Shown here: piece by piece, positions 38,538 to 48,532 of the stretch
How positions within the stretch are numbered: the first letter of the stretch is position 1
Layout: every line of letters begins with the position of its first letter
From: Alphaproteobacteria bacterium
GTDB taxonomy: Bacteria; Pseudomonadota; Alphaproteobacteria; CAAHEQ01; UBA3637
DNA: 64,000 nt
Direction of reading: 5' to 3'
Assembly (NCBI GenBank): GCA_045660045.1
Contig: JAZRDB010000012.1
Location: 55,869 to 119,868 of the forward strand
Notes under the pieces: model-generated
Database searches by the model: none
What the model was told of the DNA's origin: nothing
Seen by the model: only the letters and a program-made list of their open reading frames with translations
Program-made: the position numbers and the translations under genes

Positions 38538-40534
38538 AGTTCTTTTAATTCCAATTCTTCCAACTTTTTAATGCGATCACGCAACTTAGCAGCACGCTCA
38601 AAATCCAAATCTTCCGCGGCGGCAAGCATTTGTTTGCGTAAATCCTCCACCGTTTCTGGGACTTGTTCAATGTCTTTCACTGTATTACCCGTCAAATCAT
38701 TAAAGTCTTTAATTAAGTCGGGAATCGCTTTTTGAATACCCTTAGGCGTAATGTTATGCTCTTTATTAAAGGCCATTTGTTTATCACGCCGACGCTTCGT
38801 TTCTGTCAAAGCATACTCCAAAGAACCTGTCATTTTATCTGCATACAAAATTACCCTGCCCTCGGCATTGCGAGCAGCACGCCCTATTGTTTGCACAAGA
38901 GATGTGCTAGAGCGCAAGAATCCTTCTTTATCAGCATCCAAGATTGCCACCAAAGCAACCTCTGGAATATCTAAACCTTCTCTGAGCAGGTTAATGCCCA
39001 CCAACACATCAAAATCCCCCAAACGCAATTCGCGGATAATTTGGATACGCTCCAAAGTATCAATATCCGAGTGCATATATTTTGCATGCACCCCATTTTC
39101 ATTCAGGTAATCTGTCAAATCTTCGGCCATTTTTTTCGTTAATGTTGTCACCAACACACGATGACCTTTAGCTGATTCTAACTGACATTCTGCAATCAAG
39201 TCTTCTACCTGAGTTGCCACAGGACGCACAATGCATTCTGGATCCAACAAGCCTGTCGGGCGAATAATCTGTTCTGTAAAGACACCTTTTGTTTGCTCTA
39301 ATTCCCATGGACCAGGGGTTGCTGACACAAAAATTGTATCCGGACGCATTTTATCCCATTCTTCAAACTTCAACGGGCGGTTGTCCATACAGGACGGCAA
39401 GCGAAAACCGTATTCTGCCAGGGTTGTTTTTCGTGCTCTATCACCTTTATACATAGCACCCAACTGCGGAATCGTCACATGACTTTCGTCCACAAAAACC
39501 AAAGCATCCTTTGGCAAATACTCAAACAGAGTCGGTGGCGCTTCGCCGGGTTTGCGCCCCGTCAGGTGCCGCGAATAGTTTTCAATGCCTTTGCACGAGC
39601 CCGTTGCTTCCATCATTTCCAAATCATAGCGCGTGCGTTGTTGTAAACGTTCGGCTTCCAACGGTTTATTCTCGGCTGCATAAAATTCCAATCGCTCTTT
39701 CAATTCTTCTTTAATTGTTTTAATGGCTTGCGACAAAGCTGGACGGGGCGTCACATAGTGGCTGGCGGGATAAATCGTGATTTCAGGCAAGGCCATTTTC
39801 TTTTTACCCGTCAGCGGGTCAAACTCGCACACATCTTCCACTTCATCTCCAAACAAAGAAACACGCCACGCCAAATCTTCATAGTGGCTTGGAAAAATAT
39901 CAAGCACATCCCCATTTTGTCGGAAACAACCACGTTCAAAGGCCACATCATTTCGTTTATATTGCAACTCAGTCAAACGGCGCGTTAAATCTTGCACATC
40001 CACCGTGTCGCCCTTTTTAATGGGAAAGGCCATCTGTGAATAACTTTCCGCATCACCAATACCATAAATACACGATACAGACGCCACCACAATCACATCT
40101 CTGCGCTCCAATAAATGCCGTGTGGCAGAGTGGCGCAATCGGTCGATTTGCTCATTGATTGCACTATCTTTTTCAATATAGGTATCCGTCTTTGGAATAT
40201 ATGCTTCTGGCTGATAATAATCATAGTAAGATACAAAATATTCCACGGCGTTATTTGGAAAAAATGTTTTCATTTCCGAATAAAGTTGTGCCGCCAATGT
40301 TTTGTTATGTGCCAAAATTAATGTTGGCCGTTTCATTTTGGCGATCACATGCGCCATCGTGAATGTTTTACCTGAGCCAGTAATACCCAATAAGACTTGA
40401 TTATGTTCACCCGTCTTTAAACCATCCACCAAACTTTTAATGGCTTCGGGTTGATCTCCTGCGGCTGAAAAAGGGGACACCAAATCAAAGTCTGCGTCCC
40501 CCTGCAAATCCTGTTTCTCATACAAAGGAATCAT
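38534..40534 (-). CDS. uvrB: excinuclease ABC subunit B
   Basis: [14 protein letters not shown]-terminal UVR motif ([15 protein letters not shown]). Confidence 0.97.
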   Translation of the reverse strand: MIPLYEKQDLQGDADFDLVSPFSAAGDQPEAIKSLVDGLKTGEHNQVLLGITGSGKTFTMAHVIAKMKRPTLILAHNKTLAAQLYSEMKTFFPNNAVEYFVSYYDYYQPEAYIPKTDTYIEKDSAINEQIDRLRHSATRHLLERRDVIVVASVSCIYGIGDAESYSQMAFPIKKGDTVDVQDLTRRLTELQYKRNDVAFERGCFRQNGDVLDIFPSHYEDLAWRVSLFGDEVEDVCEFDPLTGKKKMALPEITIYPASHYVTPRPALSQAIKTIKEELKERLEFYAAENKPLEAERLQQRTRYDLEMMEATGSCKGIENYSRHLTGRKPGEAPPTLFEYLPKDALVFVDESHVTIPQLGAMYKGDRARKTTLAEYGFRLPSCMDNRPLKFEEWDKMRPDTIFVSATPGPWELEQTKGVFTEQIIRPTGLLDPECIVRPVATQVEDLIAECQLESAKGHRVLVTTLTKKMAEDLTDYLNENGVHAKYMHSDIDTLERIQIIRELRLGDFDVLVGINLLREGLDIPEVALVAILDADKEGFLRSSTSLVQTIGRAARNAEGRVILYADKMTGSLEYALTETKRRRDKQMAFNKEHNITPKGIQKAIPDLIKDFNDLTGNTVKDIEQVPETVEDLRKQMLAAAEDLDFERAAKLRDRIKKLEELELKEL

Positions 40535-41655
40535 TTTTTGTTTTTCCTCTTTGTAGGCTTTTTCTTAACTGGCACTTTTTGTGTTTTTATTACTGCCTTT
40601 TTACCGACCTTTTTTTCTTCTTTAATACTTACTTTATTACGCCAAGCTGCCCAGGTTTGTTTAAAAGCGGCTTTCGTATCTTGCCACATTGACCGAATTG
40701 TTGGGGGAGGAGCTCCCGCACCTTTCAAGCGATTATATGTGTCCAACAAAATCACTAAAATGATAAGAATTAATGCACTTATTTTATTCGATTTCCACAT
40801 CAACGCCCCAATTAATGATAAAATCAACAGGCGATAAAAGATAACCCGTATAATGGGAGTTGGATTGTGGTTGGTGAGTACCTTTTCAAGAGCAAACTCC
40901 CCTTTTTGCATGCCAAACGGATGTAATCCAAACCACGCCAAAGCAAAGAAAAATATTTCAAACAGATAATAGCTTAACAACGCCAACGCAGATCCATACG
41001 ATCCTGCCACAAAACAAAGAGCAATAATTCCGCCCATCACAAATCCCAAAACTGCCGTCGCATAGGAACCAAAATGTCCTTCTCCCTCACGCACTAATAT
41101 GTTTAACATTCCCCACAACGGAGCCAACATCAACAAGCTTAAAACAGCAATTGCTGGCGATCCAAACAAGCTGAGCACATACATTGTTGTAAAGGCCATT
41201 GCCCATGTACCCACCGTCAAAAAATTAAGTAAAGGCAAGCGATCAAAGACCATCACCAACCCCATAACACCACTCCATACTGCTGTCAAAATCAAGGCAC
41301 TCCATCCATCAATTGGGCTTGCGGGCATTGCTTTATGCAAAACATATACACCCAAAGCACTTACCAATGGCACCCAAATCGCTTTTTGTTTCGTTTTTTG
41401 AAAACAAGCTGCACAATACATGACAGCAAAGCAAGCGCACAGAATCCATGTATATTCCACCAACGCTGGATTCCCAAAAACAACACTAGCCCCAGCTAAT
41501 CCTAAAATTAAAGATCCTAACAAAAAGGTACCACATCCTGTTTCCATCGAGGCCGGCACTTTTTGTGTTGTCTGCTTTTGAATCCACCCATAAAAACCAT
41601 ACATAGCTCCAAAATAAAGGCACACTAAGACTACAGAAAACCAGATGAATTGCAT
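40531..41655 (-). CDS. polytopic inner-membrane protein of unknown function with Lys-rich C-terminal tail
   Basis: About 10 hydrophobic segments; tail [30 protein letters not shown]; 4-nt overlap with the uvrB start. Confidence 0.6.
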   Translation of the reverse strand: MQFIWFSVVLVCLYFGAMYGFYGWIQKQTTQKVPASMETGCGTFLLGSLILGLAGASVVFGNPALVEYTWILCACFAVMYCAACFQKTKQKAIWVPLVSALGVYVLHKAMPASPIDGWSALILTAVWSGVMGLVMVFDRLPLLNFLTVGTWAMAFTTMYVLSLFGSPAIAVLSLLMLAPLWGMLNILVREGEGHFGSYATAVLGFVMGGIIALCFVAGSYGSALALLSYYLFEIFFFALAWFGLHPFGMQKGEFALEKVLTNHNPTPIIRVIFYRLLILSLIGALMWKSNKISALILIILVILLDTYNRLKGAGAPPPTIRSMWQDTKAAFKQTWAAWRNKVSIKEEKKVGKKAVIKTQKVPVKKKPTKRKNKK

Positions 41656-41674
41656 TCTTTCCCCCTTGTTTGAA

Positions 41675-41896
41675 TTAGGCTTTATGGCGGAATGAAATAC
41701 GCCCCTTTGTCAAATCATAAGGCGTCATTTCAATATCCACTTTATCACCCACCATTACACGAATGCGGAACTTACGCATTTTGCCAGATGTATGAGCAAT
41801 AATTTCATGGCCGTTTTCCAATTGCACACGAAAGGTTGCGTTTGGAAGCGCTTCCATCACGGTGCCAGTAAATTGTAAAACTTCTTCTTTTGTCAT
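41675..41896 (-). CDS. infA: translation initiation factor IF-1
   Basis: [37 protein letters not shown]. Confidence 0.95.
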   Translation of the reverse strand: MTKEEVLQFTGTVMEALPNATFRVQLENGHEIIAHTSGKMRKFRIRVMVGDKVDIEMTPYDLTKGRISFRHKA

Positions 41897-41944
41897 TTGC
41901 TCTCCTTGTTATTTCATTATATGAAGCCAAATCTCAGAATGCAA

Positions 41945-44308
41945 CTATTTTCTTAATTCCGCCCCTGTATTCTTTGTAACGTAATTCAAAATCTGTTGAG
42001 AAAGTGTTTCAATTTCAGCATCTGTCAATGTCTTTTCCATCGATTGAATTACCACTTGAACAGCGATCTGTTTTTTGCCTTCGGGCAAATGTTCACCTTC
42101 ATACACATCAAATACAGACACAGATTGAATTAAATTCTTATCCACATTTTGAATGCTGGACAATAATTTTTGAGCTTCCACATCTTTATCCATCACAAAC
42201 GCAAAGTCACGCGTCACCGCTTGATATTGTGATTTCTGGAATACCTTTTGCATTTTGTTTTCACGCTGTTTCACGGGTGGCAACATGTCCAAATACACCT
42301 CGCAAGCCACAACGGGTGTTTTAATATCAAACGCTTTTAAAATCCGCGGATGAATTTCACCAAACACCGCTAATTTATTTTTGCCCAGTTGCAAAGAACC
42401 ACTGCGTCCCGGATGATACCAACTTGGCGCATTTTTATACACAACCATGTTCTCTGGAGCATCTGCCGCCATCAATGCAGAGATAGCATCTTGTTTGGCA
42501 TCAAACACATCTACAGCGCGTTCATGATCATTCCATGCTTTTGGCAAGTACGATCCAGCCCGAACAGCACAAGCAACCAAACGTTGCTCACCGCATTTAT
42601 CGGAATAAAATTCTGGACCAACCTCAAACAATTGGACATCTTGCACGCCTGTATCTTGATTGCGCTTCACGGCCGACAACAAATTCGGCACCAAACTGGG
42701 GCGCAATTCATCCAAATCGGAAGCAATTGGATTAGACAGTTTCACACCTTTTGAATCAAAATATTTTGCCAGCTTGGAATCCATAAAAGACCATGTAATT
42801 GCTTGATTCAAACCTCGTTCAGCCAACGCGCGACGCACAGCAACCTCACGTTTTTGATTTGGCAACAAGCTTCCAATTGGCAATGTCTCAGCGCGCATTG
42901 GAGCATCTGGTAAATTATCAAGGCCATAGATACGCACCACTTCTTCCACCAAATCGGCGGGAAGGCTTACATCATGCCAACGCCAAGATGGAACAGAAAT
43001 CTTGTTTCCTTTCACATCAAAACCTAGAGCGGTCAAAATACGTTGTTGATCTTTTTCGGACACATCCATACCCGTCAAACGCTTCACTTCGTTATAATTA
43101 AAATCAATCACTCTTGTGCAATTTGGTGTTTCGCCAGCCACCACGATTTCGGATGGCTCACCACCACACAAATCCAAAATCATTCGCGTTGCACGGGCAT
43201 TGTCATCAATGGAACTTGCTGGATCCACACCACGTTCAAAACGACTTCTGGAATCGGACATAGCGCCCGTCAAACCGCCCGCCTTAGCAATCTTAGCAGG
43301 AACGAAATAAGCGCTTTCCAAAAACACATTGACGGTATCTTTTGAAACGGCCGTATCAACGCCGCCCATAATTCCGGCAATACTTTGAGCCGCTTTATCA
43401 TCAGCGATCACACAAACTTCAGGCGACAAAGTATACTCTTTATCATCCAAAGCCATCATCTTTTCACCATCTTTTGCAGCACGCACTGTGATATTGCCAA
43501 CAACTTTATCAGCATCAAACACGTGCAACGGACGACACTCGGCAATATTCAAATAATTGGTAATATCCACCAAAGCAGAAATTGGACGCAATCCCGCCGC
43601 CACTAAGGCCTTTTTCATCCAATCGGGACTTTCGCCATTTTTCACGCCACGAATATAACGCCCCGTATAAATCGGACATGCATCATCTTCAATTTTTACA
43701 TTGACAGAAGATTTGTATTTCCCCTTAATCTCTGGCACAGAGGAATCAATAAACTTACCAATACCTGTGGCGGCCAAATCACGCGCCACACCTTTTACAC
43801 CCAAGCAATCTGGGCGGTTTGGTGTCACATTCAAATCCAACACGACATCCGCATTTAATGCTTCTGCAGCTGGTGTTCCAGCAGGCAACTCTGTATCCAA
43901 TTCGATAATACCTGTGTGATCTTCACCTAATAACAATTCATCTTCAGCACAAAGCATACCATTGGAATCAACACCACGAATTTTGCCCACTTCCAACTTT
44001 TCATTGAATTTGGGAATCAGACAACCTGGCAACGCCAAAATGGATTTCAAACCCACACGCACATTCGGTGCACCACAAACGATTTGCAAATCTTGTTTGC
44101 CGTCAAACACGCGTAAAATATGCAAACGATCGGCATTCGGATGTTGTTCAACGGATTTAATTTCACCAATGATAAAGCCTTGCAAACGAGCGGCTAAATC
44201 CTCCACCTCTTCCACTTCCAAGCCAATCATGGTCAGTTTTTCAACAATCTCCTCGGTTGAGGCTTTTGTATCCAAATATTTTTTTAATGTTGTCAAACTT
44301 AGTCGCAT
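41945..44308 (-). CDS. pheT: phenylalanine--tRNA ligase beta subunit
   Basis: MRLSLTTLKKYLDT..., tRNA-binding, B3/4 and B5 regions; 787 aa. Confidence 0.95.
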   Translation of the reverse strand: MRLSLTTLKKYLDTKASTEEIVEKLTMIGLEVEEVEDLAARLQGFIIGEIKSVEQHPNADRLHILRVFDGKQDLQIVCGAPNVRVGLKSILALPGCLIPKFNEKLEVGKIRGVDSNGMLCAEDELLLGEDHTGIIELDTELPAGTPAAEALNADVVLDLNVTPNRPDCLGVKGVARDLAATGIGKFIDSSVPEIKGKYKSSVNVKIEDDACPIYTGRYIRGVKNGESPDWMKKALVAAGLRPISALVDITNYLNIAECRPLHVFDADKVVGNITVRAAKDGEKMMALDDKEYTLSPEVCVIADDKAAQSIAGIMGGVDTAVSKDTVNVFLESAYFVPAKIAKAGGLTGAMSDSRSRFERGVDPASSIDDNARATRMILDLCGGEPSEIVVAGETPNCTRVIDFNYNEVKRLTGMDVSEKDQQRILTALGFDVKGNKISVPSWRWHDVSLPADLVEEVVRIYGLDNLPDAPMRAETLPIGSLLPNQKREVAVRRALAERGLNQAITWSFMDSKLAKYFDSKGVKLSNPIASDLDELRPSLVPNLLSAVKRNQDTGVQDVQLFEVGPEFYSDKCGEQRLVACAVRAGSYLPKAWNDHERAVDVFDAKQDAISALMAADAPENMVVYKNAPSWYHPGRSGSLQLGKNKLAVFGEIHPRILKAFDIKTPVVACEVYLDMLPPVKQRENKMQKVFQKSQYQAVTRDFAFVMDKDVEAQKLLSSIQNVDKNLIQSVSVFDVYEGEHLPEGKKQIAVQVVIQSMEKTLTDAEIETLSQQILNYVTKNTGAELRK

Positions 44309-45369
44309 TTTTTGCCTCCATTCAAGGAAAGTCCACTTGTTACCGTCGGCACATCCGTAGGTAAGAATCCATAATGTTTAATCCACTTCATATCGGCTTC
44401 AAACATTGGGCGCAAATCTTTGATACCATATTTCATCATAGCCAAACGATCCAAGCCAATACCAAATGCAAAGCCCTGATATTTGTCGGGATCAACACCG
44501 CAGTTTTTCAAAACGCGCGGATCCACAATACCACAGCCCAACAATTCAATCCATTCTTTACCAATGTTTCTGGCCATCACACCACCCAAATCCATTTCAT
44601 AGGATGGTTCTGTAAATGGAAAGTAAGACGGACGGAAACGCACTTTCACGTCGTCTGTTTCAAAGAATAATTTAAAGAACTCCAACAAAACAGATTTTAA
44701 GTTTGCCAAATTTGTTTTCTCATCTACCACAAGCCCTTCAATTTGATGGAACATGGGCGTATGTGTTGCATCATAGTCACGACGATAGGTACGACCTGGG
44801 CACACGATTTTAATCGGTGGCTTTTTATTTTCCATCACGCGAATTTGCACGCCAGATGTTTGTGTACGAAGCATGTTTTTATTGTCAAAGAAAAACGTTG
44901 CTTGCATTTGACGAGCGGGGTGTTCTTTCGGAATATTCAAGGCTTCAAAGTTATGCCAATCGTCTTCAATATCTGGCCCCTCGGCTAAATCAAATCCCAT
45001 CTGAGCAAAAATTGTCAATGCTTCTTCAATTGTCTGAGTAATCGGATGAATACGTCCAACATGTTGCGGACGGCAAGGAAGCGTCACATCCACACTTTCG
45101 GATTGCAATTTTGCATTTAATTCAACTTCTTCCAAAGCTTCCTTTTTAGCTTCAATGGCTGCAGTAATTTCATTTTTCACTGTATTGACAGCGGCCCCAA
45201 AAGTTTTCTTTTCCTCAATCGATAAAGAACCTAATTCTTTCATCAGCCCCGTCAAAGAACCACTCTTGCCAATTACACCAACGCGAATAGCATCCAACTC
45301 TGCCAACGTCTTTGCTGATTCAATCGCCGGCAACGTAGCATTTTTAATTTCAGACAATTTTTCTTGCAT
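44299..45369 (-). CDS. pheS: phenylalanine--tRNA ligase alpha subunit
   Basis: Start trimmed to MQEKLSEIKNA (ATG 45369, AAGGAG RBS). Class II motifs FRPSYFPFTEPS, GFAFGIGLDRLAM. Confidence 0.95.
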   Translation of the reverse strand: MQEKLSEIKNATLPAIESAKTLAELDAIRVGVIGKSGSLTGLMKELGSLSIEEKKTFGAAVNTVKNEITAAIEAKKEALEEVELNAKLQSESVDVTLPCRPQHVGRIHPITQTIEEALTIFAQMGFDLAEGPDIEDDWHNFEALNIPKEHPARQMQATFFFDNKNMLRTQTSGVQIRVMENKKPPIKIVCPGRTYRRDYDATHTPMFHQIEGLVVDEKTNLANLKSVLLEFFKLFFETDDVKVRFRPSYFPFTEPSYEMDLGGVMARNIGKEWIELLGCGIVDPRVLKNCGVDPDKYQGFAFGIGLDRLAMMKYGIKDLRPMFEADMKWIKHYGFLPTDVPTVTSGLSLNGGKKCD

Positions 45370-45429
45370 AACTGCTCCTTTATTTAAGATAGCGGTTATT
45401 TTACAGAAAAAATCCGAAAAAATCAAGCG

Positions 45430-46437
45430 TTATTTTAATCCAACTGCCTTCCGACAAAGCGATTTAAAAATGGGCGTATTCAATTTCATATTTTGAATCA
45501 TTAAGGCCACTGGTTCGTCTAATGCTATCTTTTCCCATTTTTCCACATCCTTTTTGAGACATCGGACCTCGGCACTGGGCAATTCACTTTGGCCAATACA
45601 GGACGATAAATATACATAGCACTCATCATTATCGTTCAAATACTTTTTAGCCAACGCTCGCGCCACATAATTTAAAGTGACATCTGCCTTGGTGGCATCC
45701 TTTCCCCACGGGCTCCCGCCCCCAACCGCACACGCTGTAGAATAAAAATCACAGGCTAATTTTCGCCCTGTTACACCACAATCAGCCACCGCACCGTGTG
45801 TGGTATAACGCCCTGTTCCATTGATAATCAACTTCTTGGGTGCTTGTCCCAAAACATCCAGTGCATCTATTATGCCGTCACATGGGCAACGCATTGGAAT
45901 CGCTATAATCGCGGTGGTAATTTGCCCCGCTTCATCCAAAGCAATCTGAGTCTTGATATCCAAGCCAAAACGGTTATCCTGCAACGCCGTTTCATACAAT
46001 GCGGCATTTAATTTTCGAGCTAGGTAAAGTTCTGACGGCAACGCCTCCTCTCCCTTACACGCATAGCCCACAAACACGCCTTGATCGCCCCAACCGTTCG
46101 CCACCACACCTTGCCCAATATCTGCAGATTGCGCCCCAATCATGTTTAAAACGCTCAATTTATCGGGGTTAATACAATTGTCGCCCCATGCCTGACTATA
46201 CTCCCGTGTATAGCCGATATCAGCATACGCCTTTTTCGCCACTTGAATCAGGTCTGGCATTTCAATTTTCCCAGACACTTCACCCGCAAAAATGACCGTA
46301 TTATCTTTCACCATCACTTCAACGGCATAGCGGACCCACGGGTCCTGCCTTAATAATTCATCCAACAAATAACTTGAGATATAATCGGCTGTTTTATCCG
46401 GGTGGCCGATAGACACCGCCTCTGCTGTTTTAAGCAT
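45430..46437 (-). CDS. divergent, short S-adenosylmethionine synthetase (MetK)-like protein (335 aa)
   Basis: Retains AVSIGHPDK, GWGDQGVFVGYA, DIKTQI, DCGVTGRKL.CDFY, GGGSPWGKD..KAD. It is about 50 aa shorter than E. coli MetK and many signature residues are changed. Confidence 0.7.
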   Translation of the reverse strand: MLKTAEAVSIGHPDKTADYISSYLLDELLRQDPWVRYAVEVMVKDNTVIFAGEVSGKIEMPDLIQVAKKAYADIGYTREYSQAWGDNCINPDKLSVLNMIGAQSADIGQGVVANGWGDQGVFVGYACKGEEALPSELYLARKLNAALYETALQDNRFGLDIKTQIALDEAGQITTAIIAIPMRCPCDGIIDALDVLGQAPKKLIINGTGRYTTHGAVADCGVTGRKLACDFYSTACAVGGGSPWGKDATKADVTLNYVARALAKKYLNDNDECYVYLSSCIGQSELPSAEVRCLKKDVEKWEKIALDEPVALMIQNMKLNTPIFKSLCRKAVGLK

Positions 46438-46457
46438 AGCTTTTTCTCCTTGTTTAG

Positions 46458-46557
46458 TCCATTGACGTAGGACAAGTTAGGTTAAATCCACGGTCGCCAC
46501 TCACCCGAGCGGAACGAGCACATTGTATCACACGCAAAAATGAAATGCAATAAAAAA
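46458..46557 (-). repeat. ~100-bp direct repeat copy A (promoter + structured leader of the MetK-like gene)
   Basis: Differs from 47146-47246 by 3 substitutions and one A-run length change (hand alignment). Confidence 0.9.
46522..46550 (-). promoter_or_regulatory. promoter inside repeat A (TTGCAT-N17-TACAAT, minus strand)
   Basis: Hexamers on the reverse complement, 84 nt upstream of ATG 46437. Confidence 0.5.
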
Positions 46558-46585
46558 TTTCTCCCGCTCATCAAGCAGGAGAAAT
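46551..46585 (-). terminator. terminator of gene 46600-47133
   Basis: AUUUCUCC / GGAGAAAU 8-bp stem with a 13-nt loop, then UUUUUA on the minus strand. Confidence 0.55.
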
Positions 46586-46599
46586 AAAAAAAACGTTTT

Positions 46600-47133
46600 T
46601 TAGTTTCTCAAGTCTTTTCCCCTTAAACGCATTGGATGTTTAACCAGAAGAGCGGAAATCCTTGCGCGCAATCCTGTGCGTTTCACTGGCTTATAATCCG
46701 GCTGACGCTTATTATAGTCAAAAGCTGTTTGTAATTTACCATGTCCATCGTACAAGAATGCCATGTTTTTCCGACCATCATTTACGTAGACGCTCAGCAA
46801 TTCACCCTTTGCATTAAATTCTTTAATCGTAGCTTTAATCTCACGATGCTCGCTATCATATTCAGTCTCAATGATTCGCATCTTGCCTTCAGCATCCTTA
46901 TCAATGCGCTGCTTTCCATTCCATTCTTGGGATTGAATAACTTTTCCCTTCGCGTCGTAACGCGTATAAGACTGTCCAATTCCATTTTTATCGTAAAGAT
47001 CTACAGTTTTTCCATACTCATTTATTACGGTAACTTGAAAAGAACCATCTCTAAAACGTTCAGTAATTTTTGTCACACCGTCGCTTGTGTATTCATCTCT
47101 TTTTATAACTTCATTAGCTGCCATTGTTTTCAT
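46600..47133 (-). CDS. small YD/RHS-repeat-like protein (177 aa)
   Basis: Repeated Y/F-x-YD-x-x-G-like units (DLYDKNGIGQSYTRYDAKGKVI, FLYDGHGKLQTAFDY, EFNAKGELLSVYV); RBS AAAGGAG. Confidence 0.6.
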   Translation of the reverse strand: MKTMAANEVIKRDEYTSDGVTKITERFRDGSFQVTVINEYGKTVDLYDKNGIGQSYTRYDAKGKVIQSQEWNGKQRIDKDAEGKMRIIETEYDSEHREIKATIKEFNAKGELLSVYVNDGRKNMAFLYDGHGKLQTAFDYNKRQPDYKPVKRTGLRARISALLVKHPMRLRGKDLRN

Positions 47134-47145
47134 CTCCTTTTCAAC

Positions 47146-47246
47146 TCCATTGACCTAGGACAAGTTAGGTTAAATCCACGGTCGCCACTCACCCGAGCGA
47201 AACGAGCACATTGTATCACACGCAAAAATGAAATGCAACAAAAAAA
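47146..47246 (-). repeat. ~100-bp direct repeat copy B (promoter + leader of the YD-like gene)
   Basis: See copy A. The promoter hexamers are at 47210-47215 and 47233-47238. Confidence 0.9.
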
Positions 47247-47249
47247 TAC

Positions 47250-47278
47250 TTGCATTTTTTTCTTCTCTGACATATCAT
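47250..47278 (+). promoter_or_regulatory. ferredoxin promoter (TTGCAT-N17-TATCAT), back-to-back with repeat B
   Basis: Hexamers at 47250-47255 and 47273-47278. Confidence 0.45.
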
Positions 47279-47311
47279 TAGTTTCGTTCAATTTTTAAAA
47301 AGGAGAAAAAT

Positions 47312-47548
47312 ATGCCTTCAGTAGTAAATGATTCATGTGTTTTGTGTGGCGCTTGCGCCGAAGTTTGCCCAGTGGGTGCTTTCCACAAAGGTGAAACACA
47401 AATGGTTGTTGATCCAAATACTTGCATTGATTGCGGTGTTTGCTTGGGTGAATGCCCTCAGGGTGCGATTAAGTCCTCTGACGAGGCAGATGAGAAGTGG
47501 GTTCAATATAATGCGGAAAATGCCGCAAAATTCCCACCTGCAAAATAA
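47312..47548 (+). CDS. 2[4Fe-4S] ferredoxin
   Basis: Two CxxCxxCxxxCP motifs (CVLCGACAEVCP, CIDCGVCLGECP); RBS AAAGGAG. Confidence 0.9.
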   Translation: MPSVVNDSCVLCGACAEVCPVGAFHKGETQMVVDPNTCIDCGVCLGECPQGAIKSSDEADEKWVQYNAENAAKFPPAK

Positions 47549-47562
47549 TTTTTAAGTTGGGA

Positions 47563-47590
47563 CCTCGGGCCAACCGCTTGAGGATTTTTT
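47563..47590 (+). terminator. weak hairpin + U6 between ferredoxin and tsaC; the 3' arm contains the tsaC RBS
   Basis: CCUCGGG / CUUGAGG (two G-U pairs) followed by AUUUUUU and the ATG at 47591. Confidence 0.3.
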
Positions 47591-48532
47591 ATGCCGATTT
47601 TTAAAGCAACAGATGAAAACATTTTAAAGGCCGCTCGCCTGATTCAACAAGGCGATATTGTGGCTTTCCCGACCGAGACAGTTTATGGGCTGGGCGCGGA
47701 TGCTTATAACCCAACCGCCGTTGCCAAAATTTTTGAAGCCAAAAATCGACCTACATTTAATCCCCTTATTTCCCATATCGCCGATATAGAGTTTTTGAAG
47801 GATTACGCCGAAACAGATTTGCGCGCAAAAGCACTTGCCAAAAAGTTTTGGCCGGGCCCACTCACCATGGTTTTAAAGCGCAAACAATTTGTGCAATCAT
47901 TAGACTTAGCATGTGCTGGTTTGCCAACCGTCAGTGTGCGCATGCCAAATCACCCTGTGGCGTTAGAATTAATCCGTAAAAGTGAAACACCGATTGTGGC
48001 CCCTTCTGCCAATCGTTCACAAAGCATCAGTCCAACCACCGCTGAGCATGTAGAACATAGTTTGGGGGCTCGTGTACCAATGATTTTGGATGGAGGCTCC
48101 TGTGGTGTGGGTGTAGAATCCACCATCATAGACCTAACTAGTAAAGACATTGTTTTATTGCGTGCGGGTGGTATTCCGATGGAAGAAATTTCCGAATTTT
48201 TAGGCGAACCAGTTTTGATTTCTGGTGGCAATCCAAATTTGCCCTCTTCCCCCGGACAAATGCTAAAGCACTACGCTCCTAAATATGAAACCAGAATCAA
48301 CGTCGCAGAACCCAACACTGATGAGTTCATGATTGGCTTTGGTAAAATTGACGGCCATTTGAATTTAAGTAAAAGCGGTGATTTACGCGAAGCCACTGCC
48401 AACTTGTTTGCCTATATGCACAAGGCGGAAGAGCAAACAAAATACACCAAAATCGCTATCGCCCCCATTCCCATGGAAGGGTTAGGCCGCGCCATCAACG
48501 ACCGCATTAAACGCGCTTCGTATAAAGATTAG
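47591..48532 (+). CDS. tsaC: L-threonylcarbamoyladenylate synthase, Sua5-type (YrdC domain + Sua5 C-terminal domain)
   Basis: VAFPTETVYGLGADA, KIFEAKNRP..NPLI, APSANRS. Confidence 0.9.
   Translation: MPIFKATDENILKAARLIQQGDIVAFPTETVYGLGADAYNPTAVAKIFEAKNRPTFNPLISHIADIEFLKDYAETDLRAKALAKKFWPGPLTMVLKRKQFVQSLDLACAGLPTVSVRMPNHPVALELIRKSETPIVAPSANRSQSISPTTAEHVEHSLGARVPMILDGGSCGVGVESTIIDLTSKDIVLLRAGGIPMEEISEFLGEPVLISGGNPNLPSSPGQMLKHYAPKYETRINVAEPNTDEFMIGFGKIDGHLNLSKSGDLREATANLFAYMHKAEEQTKYTKIAIAPIPMEGLGRAINDRIKRASYKD

Noticed and set aside
46440-46530. The leader of the MetK-like gene considered as a SAM-II-like riboswitch (GGAUUU, CUUG and AAAAAGCU next to the start codon).
   Set aside because: The AAAGCU element lies outside the duplicated unit and is absent from copy B. 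The GCUU/AAGC pseudoknot pairing is imperfect (ACUU). From memory it does not fit the SAM-II, SAM-V or SAM-SAH consensus. This is left as a test to run, not a call.
46741-47298. 185-aa plus-strand ORF opposite the YD-like gene.
   Set aside because: It has a junk-like hydrophobic translation and no RBS, and it runs through repeat B and the ferredoxin promoter. The minus-strand gene has an RBS, a promoter-leader copy and a terminator.
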